Shown here: positions 22,233 through 30,689 of the stretch, piece after piece
Layout: each line of letters starts with the position of its first letter
Position numbering within the stretch: position 1 is the stretch's first letter
Assembly (NCBI GenBank): GCA_022646745.1
Contig: CP060262.1
Coordinates: 1,140,001 to 1,172,000, forward strand
Length of the DNA stretch: 32,000 nucleotides
DNA from: Planctomycetales bacterium
GTDB taxonomy: Bacteria > 4484-113 > JAFGCY01
Direction of reading: 5' to 3'
The notes under the pieces: model-generated
What the model saw: the letters and a program-made list of their open reading frames with translations, nothing else
The model's database searches: none
Told to the model about the DNA's origin: nothing
Translations under genes and position numbers: made by a program

Positions 22233-23252
22233 CTAAACGTTCTCAGCAATATAGTGGGCAACATCCACGACATCCTGGTCGGAGAGGATGTCGGAGGCGT
22301 AATGCGGCATCGCGTTCTCCTCGAACACGCTGTCCTCATCATGGTGCTCGCCACCTTCATCGTGATGCTCCTCATGCTCGCCGCAGGGATTCTCATCCTG
22401 GGCCCAGGCGGTGTCGATGCCGAGCATCCAGGCCACGGCGCGGTCCAGGTCATGGCTCGGCACGGCGGCGGAGTTGACGGCATCCTCATAGGCACCGTAC
22501 CAGTCCTTCTGCTTGCGGATCTTGGCCATGATCTGCATCGGGTTGAGCCATTCGCTGGCACCGTGCAGCTCCTCGAGGCCCTCGATGTCGCCTTCATGGC
22601 AACGCTCGCAGGAATGCTCGTAAATGCGCTCGCCGTTCTCCATGTTGGGGGTCAGGCCGGCGACCGGCATGCTGCGGTTGATGTCCAGCACGAAGGGCGC
22701 GGCATCCCAGGCGGTCTCATCGGCGATGCTTTCAAGGTAGGCGGTCAGGGCCTCACCATCGCTGCCCTCGATCAGCTGTTCCTTATGCGCCATGTATGGC
22801 GCGCCGACGCAGAAGTTTGACGCTTCAAGCAAGGTGCCGGCCTTTCCGGCCCCCGCATCCAGCGAGGCCTGGTCGACATGCTTCCAGCTGCCACGCGGGG
22901 CAGCACCATAGGCGGTGTGTGCGATCAGGCGCGCTTCCTTCTCATCATCGGGGCTGGCGGCATGGCAGTGCGCGCAGGTCAGCCCGGTATTGCTGTACTC
23001 GGTTCCGCGGAAGATCGCCTCGCCGCGGGCCACCAGCTCAGTCCCGCTCAGTGCTCCACCTGCATCCGCGCTGCCATCCGTATCGGCGGCCGTACCGGAG
23101 TCACCTGAGCTGTCACTGGTATTGGTATCGCTGCTGGAAGTGCCGCCGCTGGATCCACCGCTGTCCGCATTATCACCGCCACCACCACCGGGGCAGCCGC
23201 ACAGCATCAGCAGTCCAAGCACGAGGCTGGCTATCAGGGCCTTGTTCATCAT
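22233..23252 (-). CDS. Dihaem c-type cytochrome, probable lipoprotein, with Gly/Ser/Asp-rich linker and His/Glu-rich insert
   Basis: There are two CxxCH motifs (CAHCH, CERCH). The candidate Met ligand context is ENAMPHY. The C-terminus is cytochrome-c-like (LSDQDVVDVAHYIAENV). The signal peptide ends in LCGC. The His/Glu-rich insert is CGEHEEHHDEGGEHHDED. GGAGGA SD lies upstream. Confidence 0.85.
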   Translation of the reverse strand: MMNKALIASLVLGLLMLCGCPGGGGGDNADSGGSSGGTSSSDTNTSDSSGDSGTAADTDGSADAGGALSGTELVARGEAIFRGTEYSNTGLTCAHCHAASPDDEKEARLIAHTAYGAAPRGSWKHVDQASLDAGAGKAGTLLEASNFCVGAPYMAHKEQLIEGSDGEALTAYLESIADETAWDAAPFVLDINRSMPVAGLTPNMENGERIYEHSCERCHEGDIEGLEELHGASEWLNPMQIMAKIRKQKDWYGAYEDAVNSAAVPSHDLDRAVAWMLGIDTAWAQDENPCGEHEEHHDEGGEHHDEDSVFEENAMPHYASDILSDQDVVDVAHYIAENV

Positions 23253-23334
23253 TTGTCCTCCATCTCTGGCATTACTCTGGTTATATCAATTCTTAACCGA
23301 AACCCGCTCAAATGCAATAAGCTATTCTCATTAA

Positions 23335-23712
23335 GTGAAGCTAGTTACTGATGAATTCCTGTTCTTCACCCTCGACCTGCCCGGATCCCGCGACTTTTAC
23401 GCGAAGCTGCTCGGCTACAGTGTGCTGGCAGAGGAGGACTGGGGTTTCTGCATGCTGGCCCTGCCGGACAGGGCACGAATCGGGCTGATGCATCCGCGCA
23501 ACTGGGCCGGCTGGCAGGAGGGAGACCCGCTGCCGGAGCCGGTACTCTGCCTGCGCACTGATGAGCTCGATTCAGCGATGGCCGAACTGAAGGCCGGTGG
23601 AGCAGCATGCGGCGAAGCGGATGGCGAGCGTGGCAGGGCGCGGGGCTGTCGCATCAACGACCCGGATGGGCGCACGCTCTACCTGTTCGAGGACCCGACC
23701 GAGCCGGTCTAG
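23335..23712 (+). CDS. VOC (glyoxalase-fold) family protein
   Basis: 125 aa with a GTG start. SRDFYAKLLGYSV and CRINDPDGRTLYLFEDP are typical VOC signatures. Confidence 0.72.
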   Translation: MKLVTDEFLFFTLDLPGSRDFYAKLLGYSVLAEEDWGFCMLALPDRARIGLMHPRNWAGWQEGDPLPEPVLCLRTDELDSAMAELKAGGAACGEADGERGRARGCRINDPDGRTLYLFEDPTEPV

Positions 23713-23758
23713 AGCGGACAGCAGATTGCCAACATGCGCATGGGCCGCATTCAATTGA

Positions 23759-23767
23759 TGCTAGAAT
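23759..23767 (+). promoter_or_regulatory. Extended -10 promoter (TGcTAGAAT) 9 nt before the DUF488 ATG; near-leaderless
   Basis: Sequence reads tg-c-tagaat-caaagccgg-ATG with no SD. Confidence 0.45.
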
Positions 23768-23776
23768 CAAAGCCGG

Positions 23777-24244
23777 ATGCCGCAGTACAGCGTCTATACG
23801 GTTGGGCACGGGAGCGAGGACTGGGACAGCTTCGCCCGCCGCCTGTCCGGCCATAACATCGAAGTGCTGATGGACGTGCGTGCCTGGCCCTACGTGGACG
23901 CCAGCTGGTTCAACCGCGACCGCCTCGAACACAACACCCGCAAGAAGGGCTGGGAGTACCTCTGGCTCGGTGCCAAGCTTGGTGCACTGACCGAGGACGG
24001 CCGGCTGGACTACCTCGCCAAGGAGCGGGAGAAGCGCTACCAGGACGGCATCGTCGAGCTGATGAACATGGCCGCCGAGCGCAATGTGTGCATCCTCTCA
24101 AGCCAGCTGGACCCGATGGAAAGCCACCGCCACCACCTCGTGGCCCAGACCCTGATGCGCCATGACATCGGCGTGAAGCACATCCTCGGAGACGGCGAAC
24201 TGCTGCCGGCGCAAGCCGACCTGTTCCACGGCCTGCCGGGCTAG
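23777..24244 (+). CDS. DUF488 family protein
   Basis: The N-terminal signature is VYTVGHGSEDWDSFARRLSGHNIEVLMDVRAWP. The rest (...GWEYLWLGAKLG ... CILSSQLDPMESHRHHL) matches the typical DUF488 pattern. Confidence 0.82.
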   Translation: MPQYSVYTVGHGSEDWDSFARRLSGHNIEVLMDVRAWPYVDASWFNRDRLEHNTRKKGWEYLWLGAKLGALTEDGRLDYLAKEREKRYQDGIVELMNMAAERNVCILSSQLDPMESHRHHLVAQTLMRHDIGVKHILGDGELLPAQADLFHGLPG

Positions 24245-24305
24245 GTTCCGCCGGCGGGCAAATTAATAAGTGTCCCGCAACTAAACCTAGTGGCTGTGTT
24301 GCCAA

Positions 24306-25013
24306 TCAATCCACCAGCCCTGGCTGCTGCCCATTACCAGTCGCCTGCCCCAGTACCTCGTCCTTATGCAGCAGTTCCGTCAGCAGGCGCAGCACGGCCA
24401 GCCGGCCATAGATGCCCTGCTGCGGATCATTGATGAAGCCGCCGCCCCGCCCGGCAGCCTCGATTCCGCGGCTTTCCCTCAGGTAGCGATCGATGATGCG
24501 CTGTGTGGCCGGGCCTGAGTTCGATGGCCTGGCAATGCGCTCCAGCATCCCGCTGCCGGCATCGTGCTTCTCATCATGCAGCAGCTGGTAGCACAGTTCA
24601 CGCAGCTTCATGTGGTGCCGCTCCAGCACATATGGGTTGATCACCACCAGCTCAGCCATTGCGGGGCGCTTGAGCAGGGTTGAGTAGAGCAGGTAGGCCA
24701 GCATTGTCATCAGCAGTGTCACGTACAGCGCTTCCGGGCCAACCATGAACCCGCTGGCAACCGCCAGCATGCAGCCGAGCAGCACGACCGGGACTACGTG
24801 AGCCATCCACCACTGCTGGACGCGGTTGAAGCAGTAGCGGGACACCTCATGGTTGGCAGCCAGCGCATGCCGACGCAGTGCTTCAGAATCGATCCCGCCG
24901 ATGCGCAGCACGTCAATGTCGATCCCCTGCATGAAGTGGACATATTCACGCTGCAGCTCAGGACGGTAAGGTCCGTCCTCCATTCTTACGCCAGGCAGAT
25001 GCTGTCCTTGCAA
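24306..25013 (-). CDS. Hypothetical 2-TM membrane protein encoded immediately downstream of the TPR-TIR array
   Basis: 235 aa with a TTG start and a GGGGAGGA SD 7 nt upstream. The central hairpin of two TM helices is WWMAHVVPVVLLGCMLAVASGFMV and ALYVTLLMTMLAYLLYSTLL. The ~120-aa C-terminal soluble part carries a Gly-rich loop (AAGRGGGFINDP). I recognise no domain. Confidence 0.6.
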   Translation of the reverse strand: MQGQHLPGVRMEDGPYRPELQREYVHFMQGIDIDVLRIGGIDSEALRRHALAANHEVSRYCFNRVQQWWMAHVVPVVLLGCMLAVASGFMVGPEALYVTLLMTMLAYLLYSTLLKRPAMAELVVINPYVLERHHMKLRELCYQLLHDEKHDAGSGMLERIARPSNSGPATQRIIDRYLRESRGIEAAGRGGGFINDPQQGIYGRLAVLRLLTELLHKDEVLGQATGNGQQPGLVD

Positions 25014-25102
25014 GGGCTATCCTCCCCATCGCCAATATACCGCCGCTGGTGCTGCCGTGCAAGTTTGCAGGGGTTGCTCGGGCAGCCAGTGCCGCGGGGC
25101 AA

Positions 25103-26773
25103 TCACTCCATCCACTTAAGCAGCTTGTCAATGAAGGCCGTGAAGAATTCCGTGGACCAGGACATGGCATTGATTCCCGCAACGGCGCGGATGTCCTCCG
25201 GCAGCTCTTCCTCAGCCGGCCACACAAAGCCTTCCATCATCACCGGGATGATATGGGTGCCGCAGTGCAGGGCAGTGGCGATTTCCTTCCTGACAACATC
25301 CTTCCCGTCCAGGCAGCGGTTGAAGAATCCTGGTGTCATCAGTAGCACCATGTGCCGACTGTAGCGGATCGCATCCTTCAGGCCGTCCTCGAAGCGTCCG
25401 CTTGACAATCCATCCTGGTCCCTGAACACCGTCTTCCGCTTGATGTCCATGTGAGCCTGAAGCAGCATGGAGTTTGAGAGTCCCGGGTCGCGCCGGTAAC
25501 AGATGAAGACATCGTGCTTCTTCTCATTGTCAGGCACGGGCTGGATTGCCTGTGGCTGGCTGGTGATCTGCTCCTCCACCAGCTTTTCCGGCTTTGGCGA
25601 CATCCAGTCCCTGAGGGTCTCCATCAGGAATCCGGGTTGCTGGACCCCGACCTTGCCGCACAGTGAGATCGCCCGGTATATCTCACTGATGGCATCCTCA
25701 CGCCTGCCGGCCTCATACATGGTGATGGCCCGCCTGAAATACCATTCCCATTCGTCGCCAATGCCCTGGCTGGTTGCCATCTCGCTTGCCCTGGCATATG
25801 CAGCCATTGCCTCATCGTATCGGCCCAGCTTGCCGAAATTGACCGCGCGGCCGACCTCAACATCCGGATGCACCGGAATTCCCTGGGCAAGGTACATCCG
25901 TTCGGATTCATCAAGGGCCAGCAGGGCATCCTCGTACCGGCCGAGTTTCTCATACACACTGCCACGGTTCGCAGGCAGCCCGGGAAACACCGGGATGCCC
26001 TGGGCCACGAAGAGCTGCTCGCTCCTGTCATACGCTTCAAGCGCTTCCCCATAGCGTCCCAGTCTCTCAAGCACCCAGCCCTCGTTGACCGGTACCACGG
26101 GACTGTCAGGCAGTTCCTGTTCGGCATTCCTCCGCCTGGAATCGGCAAATGCAAGCAGTGCGTCCTCATAGCGACCCATCGTGACCATCAGCAGTGCGCG
26201 GTTGGCAGCAATCCCCGGATGGACCGGCAGGCCCTGCGCAATGTAGGCCTGCTCTGATTCATTGAAGGCGCGTTGCCCAGCGTCATACCTTCCCGTATGG
26301 ACGTAAACAATGCCGCGGTTGAGGTGTGTCCAGGGATGGACTGGCTGGCCAGCGGAAGCGTAGCGGCGCATTGATTCATCCAGTGCTGCCATCGCATTGT
26401 CAAAATCCACCAGCCTGTAGAAGGCATTGCCCCTTACAGTGGAGATATAGGGACTGGCCGCAATCCCCAGCTCTTCGCATATCCGTTCAGCGTGATCGCA
26501 GGCCTGCAGGGCTTCATCAGCCCGGCCGAGCATCACGATGTCCATTGCCCGCAAGACCAGCAGATCTACATATTTCTTAGGATCCGGATTGCCGGAAAGT
26601 GCCAGGAACTCCTCGCAGGCTGCCAGCGAATCCTGCCAGCGCATCCTGTCCGCCAGCAGTTCAGCACGCCGCATGACCAGCCCGGAATCGGGAGGCTGGC
26701 CGGACTCAGCGAGCTTTTGCTCAGCGGCAAGCAGCTGCTCGAGTTCCTGCTGGGCTGTCAGTGGCTGGTCCAC
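25103..26773 (-). CDS. TPR-TIR protein, paralog A (KLC-like TPR array + C-terminal TIR domain)
   Basis: 556 aa with a GTG start. It has repeated ~40-aa units (NRG....LGRYE(D/E)AL.A.D.SE.....QG(I/L)PV(H/F)PG). The C-terminal 139 aa (about 25106-25522) read KKHDVFICYRRDPG...VFRDQDGLSSGRFEDGLKDAIRYSRHMVLLMT...DVVRKEIATALHCGTHIIPVMMEGF, a TIR (TIR_2-like) pattern. There is no Walker A. Confidence 0.85.
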   Translation of the reverse strand: MDQPLTAQQELEQLLAAEQKLAESGQPPDSGLVMRRAELLADRMRWQDSLAACEEFLALSGNPDPKKYVDLLVLRAMDIVMLGRADEALQACDHAERICEELGIAASPYISTVRGNAFYRLVDFDNAMAALDESMRRYASAGQPVHPWTHLNRGIVYVHTGRYDAGQRAFNESEQAYIAQGLPVHPGIAANRALLMVTMGRYEDALLAFADSRRRNAEQELPDSPVVPVNEGWVLERLGRYGEALEAYDRSEQLFVAQGIPVFPGLPANRGSVYEKLGRYEDALLALDESERMYLAQGIPVHPDVEVGRAVNFGKLGRYDEAMAAYARASEMATSQGIGDEWEWYFRRAITMYEAGRREDAISEIYRAISLCGKVGVQQPGFLMETLRDWMSPKPEKLVEEQITSQPQAIQPVPDNEKKHDVFICYRRDPGLSNSMLLQAHMDIKRKTVFRDQDGLSSGRFEDGLKDAIRYSRHMVLLMTPGFFNRCLDGKDVVRKEIATALHCGTHIIPVMMEGFVWPAEEELPEDIRAVAGINAMSWSTEFFTAFIDKLLKWME

Positions 26774-26881
26774 AGGACTAGTATCTCATGGAGTCAATCA
26801 GTCAACGAGTCACTAAGTCAATTGGAGTGTCGAGCACGTTGCTGCACAGTTGACTCATTGACTAAGTGACTTTGTGACTCT
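26774..26881. repeat. Intergenic element: four AGTCA-containing 8-mers, a 26-nt core, then four inverted TGACT-containing 8-mers
   Basis: The plus strand reads gagtcaat cagtcaac gagtcact aagtcaat (26791-26822), then the core, then gttgactc attgacta agtgactt tgtgactc (26849-26880). It abuts the stop of paralog B and ends 17 nt before the GTG of paralog A. Confidence 0.85.
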
Positions 26882-28555
26882 CTATTCCATCCACTTGAGC
26901 AGCTTGTCAATGAAGGCCGTGAAGAACTCATCGGACCATGACATCGCATTGATGCCAGTCAGGGCCCGGATGTCCTCCGGCAGTTCATCAGGCTTGGGCC
27001 AGGCGAAGCCCTCCATCATCACGGGGATGATATGCGTGCCGCAGTGCAGCGCCGTGGCAATCTCCTGCCTGACAACATCGGCCGGATCCTCACGGCAGCG
27101 CCTGAGGAAGTCCTCCGTCAGCAGGATCACCATGTGGCGGCTGTACAGGATCGCATCCTTCAGCGCATCCTCGAAGCGCCCGCTCAGCAGGCCGTCCTGG
27201 TCGCGGAACACGCGCTTGCCATGCATGTCCATGTGCGCCTGCAGCAGCATCGATGACGTCTTGCCCGGGTTGCGGCGGTAGCAGATGAACACGTCGTGCT
27301 TCTTCTCGCTGTCAGGCACTGCTCTGACAGCGGCGGGCTGGCTGGCAATCTGCTCCGCCACCAGCTTCTCGGGCTTTGGTGACATCCAGTCCTGCAGTGT
27401 CTCCATGATGAATGCCGGCTGCTCCACGCCAAGCTTCGTGCAGGTGGCTATCGCGCGGTACACCTCAGCGAGCGCTTCAGCCTTGTGTCCGGCCTCGAAC
27501 ATGGTGATGGCGCGGTCGAAGTACAGTTGCCAGTCCTCGGCGCGGCCCTGCTCGCGGTTCATGTCCTCCGCGCGCCGGTAGGCCTCGAGCGCCTGTTCAT
27601 ACTGGCCGAGCTTGCCGAAGATGTTGCCACGGGTGTGCACGATGCCTGGCCAGACCGGCAGGCCCTGCTCGCGGAAGCCCCGCTCCGCCTGGGCCAGTGC
27701 CGCCAGCGCTTCCTCATAGCGGCCGAGGCGCTGGTAGGCCATGCCGCGGTTGTTGGCAATGCCGGGAAAGACCGGCAGGCCCATCTCGATGATGCGGGCT
27801 TCGGCCAGGTCATACGCGGAAAAGGCCTCCTTATAGCGTCCCAGCCCCAGCAGCACCGCCCCGCGGTTGAGCATGATGCTGGGGTGCGGCGGCAGGCCCT
27901 GTTCCCGGTAGAGCTGCTCGGACCGGTCGAACGCAGCGAGGGCCTCGAGGTACATCCCGAGCTCCTCATAGGCAACGCCCCGGCTGTTGGCAATCCCCGG
28001 CGGCAGTGGCAGGCCCTGTTCAGCGCAGATCCGCTCGGCATCATCCAGCGCAGCCAGTGCCTCCTCGTAGCGGCCCATCTCGGACAGGGCGTTGCCACGG
28101 TTGATGGCAACCCCGGGCGCCCGCGGGATTCCCTGCTCAGCACAGATGCTGTCCGCCTCGGCCAGGGAGGCGAGGGCCTCCTCGAAGCGGCCCATCATGA
28201 AATACACCTTGCCCCGGGTGCTGCTGACCTCGGCATTGAGCGGTTCGCCCAGTCCGATCGAGAGCTGCTGCGCCCGGTCACAGGCAGCGAGCGCTTCCTC
28301 CTGGCGGCCGAGGATCATCAGCGACTGGGCCCGTGACAGTTCCAGTGCAGGGCTGGCCGGGCGGCCGAGCGTACGGCACAGCGCTTCGGCTTCATCGCAG
28401 GCAGCCAGTGATTCTTCCAGCCGTGAGAGGTCCCGCAGCAGTGCGGAACGCCTGAGCACATTTGCCAGTTCGGCGGGCTGGCCGCCTTCGTTGAGTTGCT
28501 GCTCGGCTGCAAGCAGCTGCTCCAGTTCCTGCTGGGGTGTCAGTGGCTGTCCCAC
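26882..28555 (-). CDS. TPR-TIR protein, paralog B
   Basis: 557 aa with a GTG start. It shares the head (MGQPLTPQQELEQLLAAEQ), has about nine KLC-like TPR units, shares the linker (DWMSPKPEKLVAEQIASQP..PDSEKKHD) and has a TIR C-terminus about 80% identical to A by eye. Confidence 0.85.
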   Translation of the reverse strand: MGQPLTPQQELEQLLAAEQQLNEGGQPAELANVLRRSALLRDLSRLEESLAACDEAEALCRTLGRPASPALELSRAQSLMILGRQEEALAACDRAQQLSIGLGEPLNAEVSSTRGKVYFMMGRFEEALASLAEADSICAEQGIPRAPGVAINRGNALSEMGRYEEALAALDDAERICAEQGLPLPPGIANSRGVAYEELGMYLEALAAFDRSEQLYREQGLPPHPSIMLNRGAVLLGLGRYKEAFSAYDLAEARIIEMGLPVFPGIANNRGMAYQRLGRYEEALAALAQAERGFREQGLPVWPGIVHTRGNIFGKLGQYEQALEAYRRAEDMNREQGRAEDWQLYFDRAITMFEAGHKAEALAEVYRAIATCTKLGVEQPAFIMETLQDWMSPKPEKLVAEQIASQPAAVRAVPDSEKKHDVFICYRRNPGKTSSMLLQAHMDMHGKRVFRDQDGLLSGRFEDALKDAILYSRHMVILLTEDFLRRCREDPADVVRQEIATALHCGTHIIPVMMEGFAWPKPDELPEDIRALTGINAMSWSDEFFTAFIDKLLKWME

Positions 28556-28672
28556 GGGATAAGTATCGCATGCTGCCTGTCAGTCATTCAGTCACTGAGT
28601 CAAGAAGTCGCTGAGGAGTCCTGAGCTCGATGCCCCGATGTTGACTTTTTGACTCCGTGACTTTGTGACTGC
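28556..28672. repeat. Second copy of the inverted 8-mer array element
   Basis: The plus strand reads cagtcatt cagtcact gagtcaag aagtcgct (28581-28612), then a 28-nt core, then ttgacttt ttgactcc gtgacttt gtgactgc (28641-28672). It directly abuts the stop of paralog C. The stop-proximal 14 nt (gtgactttgtgact) are identical to the other copy. Confidence 0.85.
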
Positions 28673-30091
28673 CTACTCCATCCAGCTCAGCAGCTTGTCA
28701 ATGAAGGCCGAGAAGAACTCGTCGGACCAGGACATCGCATTGACGCCCGTCAGGGCCCGGATGTCCTCAGGCAGTTCCGCCGGGCTGGGCCAGCTGAAGC
28801 CTTCCATCATCACCGGGATGATCGGCGTGCCACTGCTGAGCGCAGTTGCCAGTTCCTTCCTGGCAACATCCGCCTCGTCACTAATGCAGCGCTCGAAGAA
28901 GTCCTTGGTCAGCAGGACCAGCACGAAGCGCGAATAGCGGATCGCCTCCACCAGGTCCTCCTCGAAATGTCCCGCCCGCAGGTCATCCTGGTCGCGGAAC
29001 ACGGAGCGGCCCTTCAGGTCAAGGTGCAGTTTAAGCAGCATGGCATGTGGCAGTCCGGGCCTGCGGCGGTAGGAGATGAAAACGTCATGCCGCTTCTGGT
29101 GGTCCGGTACCTGGTCGGCCAGCCTGGACTGCCCGGCGGCCGGACCGGCAGGACCCGCTGCGGGTGCTGACAACCAGTCCTGCAGTTTCTCGCTGTAGAA
29201 GGGCTTGACAACGATTCCCTGTCGGCCGGCTTCTTGGATCGAGCGCATGCCCTCGGCCAGCGCCTGTTCCCGCTGTCCCGCGCGGGCCAGCGCCATCGCC
29301 CGGTGGAACATCAGCACATGTGATGGTTCCTGGCCCCGCTGCGAGCGGAGCTCCGCGGAGCGTTCGAACAGCTCAAGCGCACGGTCGTGGTGTCCCGTCT
29401 CGGACAGGAGGTCTCCGAGGTTCATCAGCATGTTGGCATCCTCTGGCAGTCCGGATGCCTTCAGCAGAGACATGGCCTTTTCATATGCCGCGAGCGCTTC
29501 ATCGAAGCGGAACATGAAACTGAGCACGACACCTCGGTTCATCTCCAGGTCGTGGTCAGGAGGCAGGCCCTGCTCCTCCAGCAGCCGCTGCGTGTTGCCA
29601 AACTCCGCCAGCGCATCCTCCAGTCTGCCCAGCTCCTGGTAGACCGCTCCACGGTTCATTGACAGGAAGGGATAGGCGGGCTGCCCCTGGGAAAGCTGGA
29701 TATCCTCCGCCTCGCTGTAGGCTGCAAGGGATTCCTTCAAGCGGCCCATCCTGCAGAGACAGTTGCCACGGATCTTGGCGAGCTCCCAGTCCTCCACAAG
29801 CCCCTGTTTCCGGATCAGGCTGGCCGCCCTGGCAACCAGGTCAAGCGACTCCTCGAAGCGGCCGATGCGGAACAGCACAGAGGCCGCTCCCTTCGCAGCG
29901 GCAGGATCAGGTGGCTTGCCGGACTGCTCAAGCAGCTCCTGCACAACGGTGTAGCCAGCCAGCGCCTCAGGGTAGCGCGCCAGGGTTTCCAGCAGACTGG
30001 CGCGCTGCAGCGCCACGGCAGGATCAGAAGCATGCCTGTTCTCCTGCTCGATCCACTGCAATTCGGATTCCGCTGTGGGAAGCTGGCCCAT
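28673..30091 (-). CDS. TPR-TIR protein, paralog C (shorter, more divergent TPR part)
   Basis: 472 aa with an ATG start. TPR-like units are present (LGRLEDALAEFGNTQRLLEEQGLPPDHDLEMNRG...). The TIR C-terminus reads KRHDVFISYRRRPG...VFRDQDDLRAGHFEEDLVEAIRYSRFVLVLLT...DVARKELATAL...IIPVMMEGFSWP. Confidence 0.85.
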   Translation of the reverse strand: MGQLPTAESELQWIEQENRHASDPAVALQRASLLETLARYPEALAGYTVVQELLEQSGKPPDPAAAKGAASVLFRIGRFEESLDLVARAASLIRKQGLVEDWELAKIRGNCLCRMGRLKESLAAYSEAEDIQLSQGQPAYPFLSMNRGAVYQELGRLEDALAEFGNTQRLLEEQGLPPDHDLEMNRGVVLSFMFRFDEALAAYEKAMSLLKASGLPEDANMLMNLGDLLSETGHHDRALELFERSAELRSQRGQEPSHVLMFHRAMALARAGQREQALAEGMRSIQEAGRQGIVVKPFYSEKLQDWLSAPAAGPAGPAAGQSRLADQVPDHQKRHDVFISYRRRPGLPHAMLLKLHLDLKGRSVFRDQDDLRAGHFEEDLVEAIRYSRFVLVLLTKDFFERCISDEADVARKELATALSSGTPIIPVMMEGFSWPSPAELPEDIRALTGVNAMSWSDEFFSAFIDKLLSWME

Positions 30092-30100
30092 GGAGAGGTT

Positions 30101-30125
30101 CCTGCCGCCGGCATGTGCCGGCAGG
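30101..30125 (-). promoter_or_regulatory. GC-rich hairpin 9 nt upstream of the paralog C start codon
   Basis: cctgccgccggcatgtgccggcagg forms CCTGCCG(ccg)GCA-tg-TGCCGGCAGG with one 3-nt bulge. No U-tract follows. It lies between the small ORF stop (30138) and the ATG at 30091, so it could occlude translation initiation. Confidence 0.45.
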
Positions 30126-30137
30126 CCGGGAGATTGA

Positions 30138-30470
30138 CTAACTCTTCCTGGTGAAGTTTCCGGCCGTCAGGTCCCGGTCCGCATCCGCACTGGTCAGCGG
30201 CACATCAATCTTGGACGGGGTGAAGTCGCCGGGCAGGTTCGCGCAGACGGAACAGGTGTACTGGTCACCGCTACCGCTTGGGACCTGGATTCCACTGACG
30301 CAGAACTGTCCGTTGGCATCAGTTGTGCAGCTGTTTTGCTGGTTGTTGCTGGTTGACACACTGACCTTGATTCCGGCAAGTGGCTTGCCGTCAGGATCAA
30401 GCACGGCACCCTTGAGGTTGCACTGCCCGCCCATGGTGCCTGAGTTGTTCGCTCCACTGCTATCCGTCAT
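30138..30470 (-). CDS. Small Cys-containing protein with carboxypeptidase-regulatory-like (transthyretin/Cna-B-like beta-sandwich) motif; no signal peptide
   Basis: 110 aa with a GAGG SD 6 nt upstream. The pattern LKGAVLDPDGKPLAGIKVSVS.......CTTDANGQFCV matches G.V.D..G.P..G..V......T.TD.NG.F of CarboxypepD_reg-like domains. It has 5 Cys. It is embedded between TIR paralogs C and D. Confidence 0.55.
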   Translation of the reverse strand: MTDSSGANNSGTMGGQCNLKGAVLDPDGKPLAGIKVSVSTSNNQQNSCTTDANGQFCVSGIQVPSGSGDQYTCSVCANLPGDFTPSKIDVPLTSADADRDLTAGNFTRKS

Positions 30471-30519
30471 AACCGCCTCACTGCATCTGCATAAGCTCCA
30501 GCTACTATAGACGACTGGT

Positions 30520-30562
30520 ATAAAAAATTAGAACAGGCAAATAAAAACATTTTAATTGCCTG
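30520..30562 (-). terminator. Candidate rho-independent terminator after paralog D, in an AT-rich spacer
   Basis: The minus strand reads CAGGCAA-14 nt loop-TTGCCTG followed by TTCTAATTTTTTA. Confidence 0.5.
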
Positions 30563-30689
30563 ATTTTCCGATTGCTCAGCTGTGTCAGTAGTGGCCGTCA
30601 CCTAGCATGTATGCCAGCTGGGAAATGTTCAAACACCCATCCGCACACTATTCGAGGGCTCTAGCTCTGGCAACACGGGGCTGATCTGC

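Noticed and set aside
4513-28672. Whether the short tandem repeat arrays (4513-4826, 12167-12337, 26791-26880, 28581-28672) are CRISPR arrays
   Set aside because: The units are 7-8 nt with no unique spacers, the arrays are inverted pairs, and no cas genes are present. This is not CRISPR.
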